Shown: in pieces, positions 12,501-27,500 of the stretch | Numbering within the stretch: the first letter of the stretch is position 1 | Layout: the number at the start of each line of letters is the position of its first letter | Source: Antedon mediterranea | Taxonomy: Eukaryota > Animalia > Echinodermata | Assembly (NCBI RefSeq): GCF_964355755.1 | Contig: NC_092675.1 | Coordinates: 18,014,912-18,078,911, forward strand | Direction of reading: 5' to 3' | Length of the DNA stretch: 64,000 nt | Notes under the pieces: generated by a model | Database searches by the model: none | What the model was told of the DNA's origin: nothing | The model's input: the letters and a program-made list of their open reading frames with translations, nothing else | Program-made: the position numbers and the translations under genes

Positions 12501-15500
12501 CTGCAATTAATGAATATAATTGACAATAGTTTATTAGCAGAAATTAGTCTTAATCATATGTAAATGTAAAATGGCATTTCAACTGCATATTCATAATACT
12601 GTATGTACATCACTATTCTTAAACTCACCACCAACACTGTGGGGTGAGTGTACCTACTTATCATAAAAACAAAGAAGAAACTCGATCAGAGTAACTCCAG
12701 TGGGAATAGCTAAACTTTAACTGTTTTTCTTATATAACTGGGAAGAATTTAGTTATTATATCCACCAAGGGAAGAATTTGTTTATATAATCTTATACATT
12801 ATATTAGGCATGTTCATTCCTTGCATAGGCATTTACCTGTTGTTTCGTCATGTTGTTTATTATAATAGAAGTCACCTTCACATCATTCTCCAGAACAAAT
12901 GAATAATCAATCAAGTTTAAACTTGCCTATAACAATAGTGCAACATATCATTAATGTAAGGAACTTAACAAAACAAACAGTACAGTAATAAACACACATG
13001 AGAGAATGGTGTTCCTGCATAAGATTGTTGTAAGAAGGTTCTGTTAATGACTTCCAATTTCTTTTAAAATCCCATATTTCTCCTTCTGTCAGGTGATTTT
13101 TTCTTATATTAAATAGACCTATGTTTATATATGTTGTCCGTTCATTGTTTGTTTGGGATTTACCAGCAATTTTCCTATTAAAAATGTATTTGTTAACTAG
13201 CCTAGGCCTATGTTTCATTCAAGGACAGGTTCGGCCCAACCACTCAAACCCCACCTGAATCCGCCACTGTAACCACAGTAATAAACATCTAGACTTGGGA
13301 ATATAGAATGCTGAATAAGGAACTATATCATCCATGTCTTCATTTATCTATAAAAAGATAAACAGAAGTTAGTAGCACTTCTTATATTTGGCCAGCCTTT
13401 GCCTCAAATTGTCTTCATTTTTTATTCTGTACAGTAGGCCTACAGTATTTTTTCTTCCAGCCTGTGACCAGCACCCTCTCATCCATGACAGAGGTTGTGC
13501 AAACCAGAGTACACAGAGTAACCACTGAACATAAAAGTAAACTGTGGTGTATAGTCTTTAATAATGGATAAGATAATAGATTGGTATTTATATTTCATTT
13601 TAAACATCTTGAAGTGCAGTGGAATTTGTTAAGCTCTGTCTACAATATCAAACTTTATGTGACAAAAAAATGTGATGTGCCCATATATAGACATGATGAT
13701 GTCATATCACTACCATATTTGGGCATATCAATACCATATTTGGACATGTCAAACTTTTTTTTTGTCAAACTAGTTTGATAGTGTAGACAGAACTTTACAC
13801 ATACAACAACTTTCTTCTCTCTCTGTGGAGACAGGGAATGAGATGCACCAGATGTGTACAAAAGACCTCTAATTTTAAGTCCTTATCCAAGAAGCCCGAT
13901 TTTATGTTATGGTTTGCTAGAAGAGGTAAACTGCCTAGTTAAAATCATTCATGTCAATCTTTTGTTATTACCTTAGCAAGTTTCTTGAGCATATCTAAGG
14001 CAATGTTTAAGTTAGTTTCTTCTTTAAGCCTCAACCATCCCACTGAAAACTCCATTTGCTTCATTATTAAATGTAAAATCACATTTTTGAAAATACTTAT
14101 AAGATGCTCAAAGTCTGGAGGGGAGTAACTTCCAATCCAGGTATCTACAAAAATCAACCAAAAATATATTGATACATTCCAGTAGAATTTGAATTCCTTC
14201 TTCCAACAAGACAGGATTTTCTTTGTACAGTAGGTTATATTCTGTAATACCAATTTTGTAAAGTGGGGTCTAAGATAAAAATATTTACTGCTCTCCTGTA
14301 AACTAGAAAATACTAGCACTAATAAATTGTCCAGTGAAAATAATGAAAAAAAAACCTATTAAACACAAAGTAAATACCAATGACTTTCGACATTTCAGGT
14401 GAAAGATTGCAAAATGTTTCAGCAACAGCCAAGATTGACTGAAGGTAAGATTCTGGGTACTGCATTGTGGGACATTCTAATAGAATCAGGTAGACCCGAA
14501 GTGCTTCAACATCAAGTGGTGATGTCAAAAGTGTTGGGCACAGCTGACTGCTTATTGCATGATCAACCTAGAAAAGTGAATTTACAGTGCAATTATTATA
14601 ATATACATAACTACTTTTAAGTGCATAGTGCATAAAGCCTCTATGCGCTTCACATAAAAACAAAAGTAATCCATAAAATAAAAATAAACTAGACTTGAAA
14701 TCGTCACTAATTTAGTTAGCTATCCGCACCACAAACGCCACGCGTACATACGTTAAGCCTGTTTTATAAAATGCGCACAGAAAAAAGATTTATATGCTAT
14801 TATGATCTGAATATCAAGGACATTGTTGTCTGTGTGCTCTCTATTTTGTGTCCCAAGTAAATAAGGCCTATATTATACACTAAATGTTGTGTATTGTACA
14901 TACAGTGTAGCTTAGGTAAAATTTGGGACACGGCTTTAATTCTAATTTTTAACATGATGACGTCATGAAAATGAAAGACAGCAATTCCGGATGAAAATTG
15001 TCTGAGCAACAACATATTAACATGTTGAAGAAATGTGGATACATAGAATATAGATGCGCGCTCTTTTAAATGTGATGAACTATGACGCAAAATATGAAAA
15101 TACGACTCTTATAATTCAACTGGCTATATGATGACGTCACAACATCCAATGCGCAAAATTTATACATGAATTTGTATCTACAATCCGGAACACGTTTTAA
15201 TCGTGAGTATCAATTTTTATTCTGAGGAGCTATAACATATTGAAATGTATTGTAATGATGAAAATAAGTGACCCAAGTAATTCACACTTCTGAACATGAT
15301 GACATCATCAAAATGTAAAAATTTGTATGAATGTTTGAACTTTTTAATAAAAAATGTGCGCGAATTGTCCAAATCGATGTGCTCGTATGACGTGATTTTA
15401 AGTAAAACTTGTTCAAAAGTTGGAAAAATTACTAGAGGGCTGGAAAAACATAATTCACGCAAAAAAAAAAGATGTTTTTAACATTCTGTGTGCACCACGC

Positions 15501-18500
15501 GCGTAACAAATTGTGGGCACATGGACATTTTTACATGCTTAAAATGACATGAAATGGATAGAAAGTTAATTAGAAATTGATTAATAGTGTAGGTTTTTTT
15601 TAAAAATCTAAAGTAAAATTAGGAGGTTCTTTGCTGTAGAATACAAATTGGAATAAAATGAAATAAGTAGAAATGTTTAAGTTATAAACTAAAACACATC
15701 ATGGATATAATTATTCTTTAGGTTCTAAAAACGTTTATTGTCCTATTTACTCAGGAGTGGAGAGAAAATGTAAAAAACAAATCAATTAAAGTTCTTCTAT
15801 GAAGTAGTAACAGCCAAAGCAATATTCCATTATTACTGAACTTAAAGTAGTAAACGTATAATGTCATTAAACAGCATGACAGAAGCTCTTACGGTAACAT
15901 TTGTTTTGAAAAAGAAAACAGAGAACAAAATCGGGCCAATTTTATCGATATTAAGGGGCTGCTCCAGTCACACTATTTTACAACTACCCTCTAGTCCAAC
16001 TGCTATGCCCCTAGGACAACTATAATATAAGATAAGATAACTTTTATTGATCCTCAAAAAGGAAATTCATTGCTCGTCATAATAACAAAGAAAACACTAT
16101 AAAAACAAATATAGCATAAAACCATTCATATAAAAACATCTAAAAAATTACAATATAAAATTATCTTCTTGACTTCCTGTTGTACTGGATGATACCGGAG
16201 GGAATAAAGGATTTAGCAAATCGATTTGTTTTCACACTGAGGAGCCTCAATCTACCACTTGGATTAAGTTGGTCTATGATCACTTTGTGGAGAGGATGAG
16301 AGGCATCCGACTCAATGCGTTCGAAATCTTTCTGGAGGTGTTCTAGGTGCACATCGGTAAAGGAAGGCAGTTCCAGACCAATCATTTTACCAGCCCGACG
16401 GATGAAAGTTTCAAGGCGTCCTTTATTCCCTCCGGTAACATTACCAGCCCAACAGGAGAGGCAATACGTCCAAACACTACATATAACGGATCTATAGAAC
16501 GAAAGTAACATAAAATCACAGGAGTTAAATTTATATAAAGTTCTCATACAATACATTCTGGGACTTAATTTTTTGCTGATGAAGTCTATATGGTCTCCCC
16601 AACTCAGTTTATCATTGAAAACAATTCCTAGATACTTGTACTGGTCAACAATTTCAATTTCTTTACCTTTGATAGTGATTGGTTGAAAATTAAATTTATG
16701 TTTAGTCCTAAAATCAATGATCATCTCCTTTGTTTTTGATGCATTTATTTGGAGATAATATCGTCACAAAATTTAACAAATCTTTGTATTTCGCTACGAT
16801 AATTTTCATCATTGTTTGAAACTATGAGACCAATAGTACTAGTGTCATCAGCGAATTTAACAACGGGGCAAAGCTCATCATTTAAAGATCTGTAATCCGC
16901 CGTATACAAGGAATATAATTTAGGTGCGTTGACAGTACCCTGAGGAACACCGGTGTCAGAGGTTACGATTTCTGACTTAACACCATTAATATTATTACTA
17001 TCTCTCTAGAACAACAACACTCTCTGAACACCTACACCTTAGGTTATAATTGCGATCTTGTAAAACTTACTGAACTTCAAAACATAGGGAGAGAGATTGA
17101 TCTTAAATGAAAGCTTTTGAATTTTTACATGTACATATGTGGAGGGGATGGGTGGATTCAGTTTCCAACTGCTTTATTAAACCATCACTGCCCTAACTGA
17201 TGGCTGCGAGTGAATGGTAGGACTAGCGGCGCACACACTGTAAGCAACTCATGTAATGCTCTATATCTTATGATGACAACCTAATCCAAAACAGTTAAAA
17301 TATATATCATTAGTCACAAATTAAATAACATTTTTTTTTTTTAAACAACCGGAAAGAAAAAACTAACCTTTCTTAGAAAGTTTTGTTTTTCTGAAACCGT
17401 CTTAAAAACATTTCTTGCTCTAGGAAGATCAAGTCCAGGACTATCTTCACTACATAACTGATCACTACAGAAATCATAATACAAGTCGTTACTTAAACAA
17501 TCATCGTGTTATTTATTAATTGATTATGACTTTTAATTGGTTTTCTTTTTTTTTTTGGGTAATTTCTTTAACCATTTTTGTCCATGGCGTTTTTCTAAAA
17601 CTTGTAAATAGAATATAGTAACTTTGTCAACATATGTAACATTAGCATTTATATAAATGACACAGACTGTTGTTAAATTCTCTTAACGTACTTTACTACT
17701 GTATATAGAGGCCAACACAGAATGTTTAAGTTGCAGATATCAGTCTAAATTGAATTGTTAATTACAGAATGTACATATCTATTTAAGAAACAGTCCAGTG
17801 AGGTGATCAATATGATCAATTTCATTCATTTTTATGAACTTTAATTATAAAAAACTATGCACATACTGTACATGTCAAATTTGAAAAGCTTTAAAATCGG
17901 TAATTAGGCCTATATGCAAATTTGTGAAACAATATACTTATTTTCATTCATAACTCCTCAAATGGTTAGTGATTTCAACTTTTTTTAAACTTATTATGGA
18001 AGCTGGAGTTGTATGTATGAATTGATATAATATGTTGATGTTGTGACGTCTTTAAGGCCCCTCAAATTTAACAAAAAAACAGGACTTTTTGCTCTCTCAT
18101 CATACCGTAAAACCTCGAAAAGAAGCCCATGGGCTTAAACCTCGAAAAGAAGCCCCCCCTCTACAGTTTACAAAAGTACTCTCGAAAAGAAGCCCAGGGG
18201 CTTCATTTCAAGATAGTATGGGCTTCTTTTCGAGATAGATACTGTAATATTAAGAATGTAGGTTTATTAACTGAACGTCAAAAGAAACAGAAATAAACAG
18301 TACAAAGACGTGATTAAGAGTTACTGTAGTAGGATAATTTAATGCCAGATTGTGATGCAGACTGACGATAATAATTAATATGTATGATCGTGTTTATCAT
18401 ACATTTATTTTACAGTTTATTGTCGTCCAAATGGTGCTTTAATCGCATCTTGTATCTTTTTCTTGTCTGCTTCGTTGGCAAATATGTAAAATCGGCAGGG

Positions 18501-21500
18501 AATTTCCACAAATGATTGTATTTGACGGTGAATCATAGGACTGTTTTTTTGCTTTTTATATTGTTTTTTAATTGGTATATTAAACATAATTTCACGATTG
18601 AAAAAATGTCACAAAAGTCATATTATTGTAGTAGAAATTCACAAAATTTACAGCATTCATTTCGAAAAGAAGCCCCTTCTACAGTTTGCAAAAGTATTCT
18701 CGAAGAGAAGCCCATCTCGAAAAGAAGCCCACCCAAGAGCACTAAAAAAAGAAAAAGCCCATGGGCTTCTGTTCGAGGTTTTACGGTAGTTCATCACATA
18801 TAATAGAGCACATCTCGGATATAAGTGCCTGATTGCCTCTCAAATTTTACTATTGCATCTTGTGTTGACACGGATAACCCAAACTCGTCACGATGAAAAG
18901 TTTAAATCTAGTGTTATCCCTGGATTTGGACTAGAAATTGAATGGGAAATATGAATGTATGTGTGTACTTTGTACTTTGTGTAGAATAATGCATGATTAC
19001 ATAATGGTATTCATATAAGATTTATGAATGGTCAGTTTTAAATAAACTACCATTAAATGCATCAAAATGTGCAGCAATGAGTGCAGCTTATTTTTAATTG
19101 GTGTATCTCATTATAACTTTGTTTTGTTTTATTTTGACTTAATTTGTGCTACTTAGTTTTGTTATTTTTGTATTTTATAAGTAATGATGGAGTAAGAGCA
19201 GTTTTCTGTTTGGGCTCATGCCTATTACTTGCTCCTGGCAAGATGAATTGTAAAATGTACTTTATGAACTTTTGCCGAATAAATATTATTATTATTATTA
19301 TTATTATATACACACCCTGAACTGTGCTCACAAGGACAATATTGGAATCGATAGTGCAGTGTTCACTGGCAAAGCTACGCAGAAGCCAATGATAATTGTA
19401 AACAAAAATTGATTTAAAAACATTTTCTACACAAACCATATCCATACCTTGTAAAAGAACTATTCCAACATTCTGCTGATGAAAATGTATTTTGAATAAC
19501 TTGCATTAGACGCTTTGAAATATCGCTAGATCCTGGCAAGTCTTTGAATTGTGCTATTCCTTTATCTAGAGGGTAGATTTCAGATAAACTCTTCCTTTTG
19601 GACTAAAAAAAAAAAACAGGGGATCAATAACTACTATTTACTACAGAAGAAGACAAGTTTGGTTCCTACTGTAGTTGCACACTCTGTGATTTGACCAATA
19701 ACAAATGATTTAACCAATAACAATTGATATATTATCAATTATTGTTTTTCAGCTAAAGCTATAATCTTAAATAAAATCATGAAAACATGTAGCTAGTGAA
19801 AATCTGCAGCCTTAAGAAATAAATGGCTAGCTAATTTTTTAATTTCTTTGACGTGTGACAAATAATAACCACTTTTGATGAATATACTTCTAATAAATCA
19901 AACTGTAATTAGGAATTCATTCCTATAATACAATGCCAATTAAAGGTGCTTATATAGGAGAATCTATTTATAGGTTACTATTACTGATAAGATTAAGTTC
20001 ACATCCACCAGCCATCAAATAGCAATCAGGATGACTCCTATTCAAATCAAAAGATCATTGGAATTAAGCACTGCTACTATAAAGTATATTAATTAAAATG
20101 ATACCAAAGAAAACTATGAACTCACAGTAAGTTTTTTAGTGAACTTACCAATAATCCATTTGTTACTAAATAGCAAGTATTGAGTCCACCACAATAAACA
20201 TTGCTGATGTTAACAGTATCAGGTGAGCCAGTGGTATCAGTAATACAACTGGACAAAGAATCGTATACAAACATAGAGCTGTCATCATCATTGGACACCG
20301 CAGAGTGAGGATCATGCATTGATGTTGGACCAAATACATACAATTTATCCCCAGTCAATATCACAGAGTGTCGTCTGAAAATTGTTTAAGGAAAAATTAC
20401 TGCCAACATTATTAATAGTTATAACTTTTTTTTTATTATTCCATTTTAGGCTTATTGTTAAGGATTGCTAAAAAAAGAATAAAAAAGTTAAAAAACCCTT
20501 CACAACATTTTTATAAAAAATACAAAATGAAATCAATGTTACCTTGTACAAAGTATTGTTTTGTCCTCTTCTTTCTTTATCTCCGCTATCTTTTCTTCCC
20601 AATTTTGATTCAAATCCTTGGCTAGTCTTAAAACTTCCCCATTCTAGATATGTTTGTTTTTTAAGAAATAACAAACAAACATTCAATAGAAATGTACCAG
20701 TGATTAATGTGCTGTATATTTGTTTTAATTTAGTTTCAACTGTAAGTGTATGCTGGAAATTTCGTAATAGCCTCACTGCAGTCATGTTCTAGAAAGGTTA
20801 AAATGTTATTTAAAAATTAATGTCATGGTTTAAAATTAGCCACTATATTTGAGCCATGTTTACACTGAACCTAGATTCATTAGTAATGATAATTAGTGTA
20901 GTGTTTAAGAATACAATTATTCAGTACAAAATGGATGTGTGTAAAGGCATCACTCAATGTAACATAGTCAGGAGTTTCTCCAGCCACCAAAACGAATACA
21001 GGCATAGCTTTAATGCAGAATTACAAAACAAATTATTAAAACTATCTTTGTATTACATCATCAATAATATAAATAACTAAATTTTAAATTCAAAGAAATA
21101 AAAAAAACTATTATTATTATTATTATTATTTAGCAGTTAGATATAAAAATATTAAAACTCTACTTATTGTACCTTTAAAAGAAACATTGAAAAGTTGTGT
21201 CCACAAGAAATGCTGGTAATTTGTGTCCCAAAATCCAATTTGTGTGGCACTGTGGAACTTGAAACTAATAGAAATTGTTTTAATAATACATAGTAAAACC
21301 GATATTATTTTATTACAAGAAACTCATTTTGATAAAAAATCAATTCATATATTTGATGCAGCTTGGAAAGGTAGATCGTACCATAGTTATGGAACGACCA
21401 ATAGTAGAGGAGTATCCATTTTATTTAAGAACGGTTTAGATGTAAAAGAAATCATTCATAAGTATTCTGACGAAGATTATTATTATACTTGGGATATTAC

Positions 21501-24500
21501 TTAAGAATAAACAAATAAATCTTATAAATGTATATGCACCAAATAACTATAAAGAGAGAGCAATTTTTTTTAAGAAGCTTGACAAGAAAATTGCATAATC
21601 CTTGCAATGTTAAAGATGAGTATATAATAATGGGGGGTGAACATGAATTGTGTTTTACAACATAATGCTGACCAAAGAAACAGCCTGTTTCTAAGCTATG
21701 ACAAATCTCCTGCAATTTTAAAAAAATGTATTAATAAATCAAAGCTCTGTGATATTTGTAGAATAAGTCATGAAACAAAAACCCAATTTACTTGGCGACG
21801 TAAAAATACATATAGAAGGTTAGATTACTGGCTGATATCTAGTGTATTATACAAACATGGTGATATTATTGACACCGATATCAGACCTTCTGTTCTTTCA
21901 GACCATCAAGCTATTTCTTTGAACATTAGAAATAGTCATGAAAAAAAAAGGACCTGGAAATTAGAAATTCAATAATAGTTTTTTGGAGAATAAAGATTTT
22001 ATACAAAGCATTTTAAATATTATTGAAAATATTAAAAAAAATGAAAACAAGCTTAATCCAAGTCTGTTATGGGAATACCTAAAAATTAAAATAAAGGAAT
22101 TCTCGTGTAAATACGGAATAAATAAGAAAATCCAAAAAAATATAAGAAAGAATACATTAATTAAAGAAGTGTATAAGTTAAACGATGAGCTTGATGGTGC
22201 TTATGATCAAAAGACAGAAGAGATATTAAATAACAAATTAAACGAGCTAAACCAAATTAATACATCTGAAGCAAAAGGAGCACAAATTAGGGCTCGAGTA
22301 GAATGGACTGAAAAGGGAGAAAGAAATATTAAGTTCTTTTTAGGTTTAGAAAAAAACAAGGCTAAGAAAAAACATATTACGTCAGTTCTTAAACCTAATG
22401 TGAAAATTACTACAAACACCCAAGAAATTCTTAACGAGCAAGTTAGGTTTTTCAAAGAATTGTATAAAGAAACCCCTTCAAACCAGGAAAATATTAATAG
22501 TTATTTGATATATGATCTGCACACGAAAATACATAGGGATCTGGACTATTTTGGTAGTACTAAAATCAATACACTGTCATTTGAAGAAAAGCAAAAATGT
22601 GAAGGTATGTTAACAAATTATGAATGCAAGATGGCTCTTTTAAACATGAAGTTAAATAAAAGTCCTGGTACAGATGGGCTACAGTCGAATTTTATCGCAC
22701 ATTCTGGGATTCCTTAGGAAATTTATTGTGTGATTCTGTTAACTTCAGTTTCTTGTCCACTCTCAGCACTTTTATTTATTTTAGTAGTCGAAGTTATGGC
22801 AACAAATATAAGAAATAATCATTTGTGTAAAGGTATCAAATTGCCGTCAGTAACTAATGTTAATGTAAAGATTGCACAATTAGCAGACGATACTGTGATT
22901 TTTGCCAAGAATGAAAAAGCCATACAAAGTTATTTTAACGAAATAGATTGTTTTTGTGAAATGTCAGGTCTGATGCTAAATAAATCCAAGACAAGGGGAA
23001 TGTGGATTGGTTGTGATAAAGAGAAAATTAGTAACTATTGCAACATTACCTTTAATCAAGAACCTATTAAGTTTCTAGGTATTTACATTGGTTATGATAA
23101 GGATATTTGCAATACAAAAAATTGGTATGAGAAAATTGAAAATCTAAAAAAGATCCTTAAAACTTGGGAAAAAAGAAAAATATAATTCTTTGGGAAAATC
23201 ACGGTAAAAGCAAACTTTGAGAAGCATAATGCACTCAAATATGTGAATACATTCTATATAAATATGCTTAAAGCCTGCATACGGTTTAATAATATTTATA
23301 CTAAAAAACCTCAATGTATATGTGAAATAAAAACTCAGAGGTTATGGGAGAATATGTCATGCAAACAAAAAATCACTATTCTGTAAATCTTGGGTGAATT
23401 CAGGTATAAAAACAGTAGGAGATATTATGGTTAAGTCTAGATTTAAGCATATTAATGAAATAACTCCACTGTTGAAACGAAGGGAAAATGCATTTTTAAA
23501 ATATATGGCACTAATTGACGCTATTCCGAAAAACTGGAAAGTTATAGTGGTTGAGAAACCCTATTGTTATATACATAAAGTGGTTGATACAATAGAGAAA
23601 AATGTTAATGTTACTTCAAATTATACAACTGTCAAACAATTCTATTCCACTTTTACCGATGTAGCATATAAAGCGTGCATACCAAAAGCACAAGATAAAT
23701 GGGAAAACCAACTTCAAAATTGTTTTATTGACTGGAATCTATGTTGGAAAAACAAAGTGAAGAGTATGTTGCACATAAAAAGAGTGGCTTTCTTTAATTA
23801 GTTATCCGCATTCAGCGGATAACTCCTTGTAACTGTCCTGTTTCATCATCTTTTTTTTCTGTATTCTTCTTTCTTTCTGTCATTTTTGTGTCACGCGTAA
23901 CTCAAAAACGTGTAAACATAACATTTCATAACTTTGTCAACATGTGGGCATTTATGTGAAATTGTGCACCTCCTATTTTGAATGACGTCAGAGTTGCGCA
24001 ACATGACTTACGCGCGTTTTTACGAATTTCGCGTATTTAACATAGATCGAAAACCATATAACAATTTAATATGAAACTTGACAAAAAGTTTAAGTTATAT
24101 CTTGCGCTAACTGACTATAGGGAAAAAATGGCATGTTTTACACGAAGTTACGCGAAAAATCAACTTTCTACGCGTTTCATGTAATTTTAAGCATGTAAAA
24201 AATTCCCACGCGCGCGAATTTTTTTACGCGCATGGTGCGAACGTAGCGTTGAAAACAATTACTTAAAACTACGTCATACGGGCACGTTGAATTGGATAAT
24301 TTACGTGCGTTTTTGATGAAAAAGTTTAAAAATTGGTCAAAATTATGCCTTTTTTTAAACAGTCATAGATTCTAAACAACGAGGTGAACTTTTTTTTAAT
24401 TACATATTCTGGAAGTTGAAGAGTTGTAGATATCGGATCATGAATCGATATGGCTAACCGGACATTATGACGTCATCGTATGGCCACGCGAATGTAAAAT

Positions 24501-27500
24501 ATAGGATTTTTGTCTCTTTCGTTATTGCTCATCACATTCAATGGAGCGCATCACGCCTATCTGTATTCCTTTTTTTTTCCAAGACTTTAATATTTTCTAG
24601 GTCAATCAACTATCTTACGCATGAGTTAAAAATATTTTAATTTTTATGACGTCATCATGCCTAAAAATTATAATTAACAGGGTCATTAATTTCATCTTTA
24701 CAGTAAATTTTAATCTGTTATTTAGCTTGTAAGAATAAAAAGCTATAATTATGATTAAAACATTTTCTGGAAGCTATTGGACTGTAGATACGAATTAATG
24801 TGAACATTTTGCCAATCGGATGTTGTGAAGTTATCATATGGCCAGTTGAATAAAAAAAGTCGTATTTTGATATTATGCGTCATAGTTCATCACATTTAAA
24901 CGAGCACGCATCCATATTCTACGTATTCAAATTTCTTCTACACGTTAATATGTTGTTGGTGAGATAATGTCCTTCCAAAATTGCTATCTTAGTGTTTAAT
25001 TTTAATACCGTCACCATGTTAAAAATTGGAATAAACGGTGGGTCCCGTAATTTCACCTATTCTACACTGTATGTAATATGTATACAGATTATACTGTATA
25101 TACTATATGACACAAAATAGACAGAATTCAGCACTAACAAGATATGATATTCTTCAGTTCAGGTCATAATGCCATAATCTTTTTCTGTGTGCAATATTCC
25201 AACGTATGACGTGCACGTGGCGTTTGTCGTGCGGATAACTAACTCGTCAAAGTGACGAGTTTCATGTCTAGTTTTAAGTTGCTACATAAAATTTTACCAA
25301 CTAGGTGTAAGCTAAAATTATGGAATTTGTCAAACAGTAATTATTGTGAATATTGTAATGAGGATGTTGAAAATGAAAAGCATATGTTATTTACATGCAA
25401 AGAAGTAAAACATTGCTGGGTAAAATGTTGCGCTATGCTGAAAACATGTTTTGCATTTACTCAGGAAGTTACATGGGAGAAAATTTTACTTGGAAAATAT
25501 AATGTCAAAATTAATGAAATATTTTCCCTTTTAACTTTCTGTGTTTATAAAAGTAAAGTCAAACATAGACTAGGACTTGTTAAAAAATGTCCATGGTTAA
25601 TGTTCACTGCGGAGTTAGAAGGTATAATCAATTGTGAGTTTTTAATAAATAAAGAAAAGGCAAAAAAAATGTGGTCAGATATGGACCGTAACAATTTAGC
25701 AAGGTATAAAATTAACGTTTATAAAATTGATTTTAGGTAAAGTAAAATATAAATTTTTTTTGATTGCCTGAAAGAGATAAAAAGAGTTATAAAATAAAGA
25801 ATTCTGGGGTAAATTATACGTACATTGTTAAGGATTGAAAAACGTGTAAAGAGTGTATAACATAGAGGACATTTTTTTTCCTTCTTTCCTTATACTATTA
25901 TATATAAAATGCAATGGTAGGAGTGAGATATCAGATGTACTGAAAGTTATTTAATGTCAATTATATTGTATTGTATCTTTACATTACTCATGTGCAATGC
26001 ATTGTAAACGAACATTTTATTGATGAAGAAATAAAAGTGGGTCGATCCTACATAAGATAAAAAAAAACCTAGTAAAACCCAACAAAGTAAATTGGCCATA
26101 GTAATAAAACATAGTACAAGGCTATAATGATTACACATCCAAAAACACAGATTTAGTGAAACTCTTGCTGTGTACTTACTCAACTGTATTTATTTCTTTA
26201 TTTTCTTACCTTTTTCATCATATTCTCCGAGTTGATTAGAATTGTTGCATCCCCAACCAAAAACATTGCCATTGAATGTTAAGACAAGGGAATGATTGCC
26301 TCCACAGCATATTTGTTGGATAGGTAACCCAGCCAAGCAGGAGACATGTTTAGGGTTGGAACAATGGTCTTGAGTAGTTCTGTAGCCTAGCTGCCAATAA
26401 CTGTTATCACCCCATGCATATAGTTTACCACCTGTGCACAAAAAATATATATAGGGCATGTTCACAAAAACGACGTAAGGCTGGCGTGTCATATGTGTGG
26501 TACTAAGCTGTGGCATTGTTAACACCACCCATTATGCCACATAGCTCGGCTTCGGGCTGCTTTTAAAACCTTAAAAGATAACAAATGTATAGCTTACACT
26601 TTTGTGTTTAATAACAATCATTATTATAACGAACGCTGTTCATGTAAACTCCTTGACATTTTAATCCTTACAACTTGCATAAGCTACACCAGCCTTTATG
26701 CTATATGTGTGGACGTGTGTAAATTGGTTTGTTTACAGTTCAATAACAAAATAGATATTCTATTAGATATTCTATCTTCAATCAATCATTTTAGCATCAT
26801 CATAATTTTTGTTATTATTGAATGCGAGATATTACTTTTTGCAAGAGCCAATGTGTGCTTAGCTCCACAGACCACTTGAATAATGAATTCATTGGATAAA
26901 GACCTTATGATTCTGCAAAATAAAAATAAAGTAAACATAACATTTTAATAATAAGTTTTTTTTGCTAGTTTTAAAAAACATTTAGTAAATGTACGATCTG
27001 TGGTCTCTCTAGACTCTAACTAAATATTGATAATAAAACATGAAATTCTACATAATATAATTTTTGATTTTGAAAATATGTTTAAAATATCAATTTTATT
27101 CAAATTTTTGCATTACTTTGGTGTTGTTCTTCTCTTCAAATGCACTTCACCATGACCACATTGACCTTCAGAATCACGACCCCAACTCATAATTTTACCT
27201 TTGTCGCTTATGACAACGTTGTGCGCATCCCCACAGGCTGCTTGTACAATGTTAAATCTATCCAGGGAAGGAACACGATGCACTGCAAATAAAAAAGGAC
27301 AAAACTACTTTATAAGGTGGTCAGAAGAAAACACGCACTGCAAAAAAAGAGGACAAAACTACTTTATAAGGTGGTCAGAAGAAAACACGCACTGCAAAAA
27401 AAAAATAAGACAAAACTACTTTTGGTCAGAAGAAGGGATGAAAGTTGTGCAATTTCAAATAGTGAAAATATATTTTTTGGGCAATTTCAATGTTTTTAAT

